NCBI GenBank assembly: GCA_937870675.1
Contig: CALMZN010000018.1
Location: forward strand, 1 to 43,869
Direction of reading: 5' to 3'
DNA: 43,869 nucleotides
Source of the DNA: an uncultured bacterium
GTDB lineage: Bacteria > Patescibacteriota > Patescibacteriia > UBA1558 > GWA2-36-10
The number at the start of each line of letters is the position of its first letter. The first letter of the stretch is position 1. The position numbers and the translations under genes were made by a program. Shown one piece after another: positions 42,462 to 43,869 of this stretch. The notes under the pieces are model-generated. The model saw only the letters and a program-made list of their open reading frames with translations. It did not search any database and was not told where the DNA came from.

Positions 42462-43869
42462 TTATTCATAGAGCTTTTGTTTAAGCACAGCAACATCATT
42501 TTTTACACGCTCGTCGCTTGCCACCAATTCAGATATTTTTACGCAAGCGTGCATGGCTGTGGTGTGATCACGACTACCAATCTCGTGTCCAATGTTTGGG
42601 AAAGAGGATTTCATTTGCTCGCGCATCAAGTACATAGCAATTTGTCGTGGCATGACCAATTCTTTTTTGCGACTGGCGCCAAGCAACTCGTCCATGTTAA
42701 TATCAAAAAATTCAGCAACAGTTTTTAATAATTTTTTGGTAGTTAGCCCGGCCTTTTTTGGGTTGGCTGAAATGCCACCCAAAAGTGAGCGCACACTTTC
42801 TAAAGATGGTCGCGTGTTGTTTAGTTGATGAAAGGCAATGATTCTGTTTAGCGCTCCTTCTAGCTCGCGGATATTTTCCTGGATACTTTCAGCTACCAGT
42901 TGAGTCAGAGCTTTTTCTAAATGATAATTTTTTTGTTGACATTTTATTTCTAAGATAGCCACTCTGGTTTCTAGATCCGGGAAAGAAATGTCAGCAATCA
43001 TGCCCCACTCAAAACGGGAGATTAATCTATTTTCAACACCACCAAGCGCTTTTGGTGGCCGATCAGAAGAAAGTACTATTTGCTTGTTGTTTTGGTGTAA
43101 GGCATTGAAGGTGTGAAAAAATTCCTCTTGGGTTTGCTCTTTTCCGGCAATAAACTGAATATCATCTATCAACAAGACATCGACATTGCGATAAATGTTC
43201 TTAAATTCATCTGTTTGGCCCCTTTTTATGGCAAAAATAAAGTCATTGGTGAATTTTTCACTGTTTATATAAAGCACCTTTTTTTGGGGATTTTTAGCTA
43301 AAATATAGTTGCCAACGGCTTGGGCTAGGTGGGTTTTGCCCAAACCAACACCACCATATATAAACAAAGGATTATACATTTCCCCCGGTTTTTGGGCTGC
43401 GGCCATAGCTGCTGCCTGAGCCAACTCATTACCTGGGCCAACAACAAAGGAATTAAAGGTATAATTTTGGTTTAAGCCATATTTATTACTTGTTTTTGGC
43501 CGTGGGTTTGGGTTGTGCACAAGCTCTTCTACTGGCTTGTCAATAACTTTAACATCTTTGCTAATATTAGCTAAATTTCCCCTATTTTCGACTCTGTAGA
43601 TAACTTGTAGATTACTTTTTGATAAAATGTTTTCTAGGGCCTTGGTAATATGGTCGTGGTATTTTTTTTCTAGCCAAACCTTGGTAAAGGAATTGGGCAC
43701 TCCAATCACAATTTGCTGGTTATCAAACTCGGCCAAAAAAGTATTTTTGAACCAGGTGGTAAAATTAGCCCTGCTGATCAATAATTCCAACTGACCCAGG
43801 ACACTTTGCCAAATTTTTTCGTCAAGTTGTTGATTCTGATGGATGTTTCCATGCTGTCCTCTCTTTAGG
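42462..43869 (-). CDS. dnaA: Chromosomal replication initiator DnaA (5' end unresolved; frame open to the window edge)
   Basis: It has the Walker A GGVGLGKTHLAQAVG, the box VLLIDDIQFIAGKEQTQEEFFHTFNAL and the C-terminal DNA-binding IGSRDHTTAMHACVKI. The track starts at TTG 43790. However, the same frame continues upstream as ..QNQQLDEKIWQSVLGQ without a stop or a canonical start up to 43869. Confidence 0.9.
   Translation of the reverse strand, partial: LKRGQHGNIHQNQQLDEKIWQSVLGQLELLISRANFTTWFKNTFLAEFDNQQIVIGVPNSFTKVWLEKKYHDHITKALENILSKSNLQVIYRVENRGNLANISKDVKVIDKPVEELVHNPNPRPKTSNKYGLNQNYTFNSFVVGPGNELAQAAAMAAAQKPGEMYNPLFIYGGVGLGKTHLAQAVGNYILAKNPQKKVLYINSEKFTNDFIFAIKRGQTDEFKNIYRNVDVLLIDDIQFIAGKEQTQEEFFHTFNALHQNNKQIVLSSDRPPKALGGVENRLISRFEWGMIADISFPDLETRVAILEIKCQQKNYHLEKALTQLVAESIQENIRELEGALNRIIAFHQLNNTRPSLESVRSLLGGISANPKKAGLTTKKLLKTVAEFFDINMDELLGASRKKELVMPRQIAMYLMREQMKSSFPNIGHEIGSRDHTTAMHACVKISELVASDERVKNDVAVLKQKLYE

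Overview
AT-rich (about one-third G+C by eye) bacterial chromosome segment close to the replication origin, with dnaA-dnaN at the right edge. I support 33 protein genes, 30 of them on the minus strand, tightly packed and often overlapping by 4-23 nt. I found no rRNA, tRNA, CRISPR array or transposase. From left to right the blocks are as follows. (1) uvrB (partial), PBP1A, tyrS. (2) A glycogen block: GalT-family enzyme, small GIY-YIG protein, glgA, APH-fold kinase, GH57, second glgA. (3) ruvC-yebC. (4) Two large GT-C/DUF2079 membrane proteins. (5) A one-gene GC-rich island encoding an orphan lipoprotein. (6) Four tandem TrbC/VirB2-like pilin-type small membrane proteins, preceded in the same operon by a flippase, an O-antigen-ligase-like protein, galU and an orphan solute-binding lipoprotein. 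(7) recA, a RodZ-like protein, ftsK. (8) rpoC-rpoB. (9) A murE-like ligase, a nucleotidyltransferase, a FemAB-family protein. (10) ruvA, dnaN, dnaA. The gene content and the pilin-like family suggest a reduced Patescibacteria/CPR-type genome; this is inference, not proven from this window. The most unusual signals are listed here. (a) The compositionally foreign lipoprotein cassette (17290-18155), convergent on the pilin-like array. (b) The pilin-like array itself, which has no secretion or assembly ATPase in view and is coupled to an orphan binding protein. (c) A GC-rich 43-bp tandem repeat with a terminator-like hairpin in a divergent intergenic region (13434-13695). (d) A recurring three-segment CCCGTT/AACGGG complementary architecture wrapped around the start codons of three genes. 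(e) A 14-bp inverted repeat bracketing the GIY-YIG gene. (f) A 21-nt palindromic core shared by two intergenic hairpins. (g) Several -10 boxes only 6-9 nt from their ATG, implying leaderless mRNAs. All functional readings beyond motif recognition are hypotheses that need searches I cannot run.
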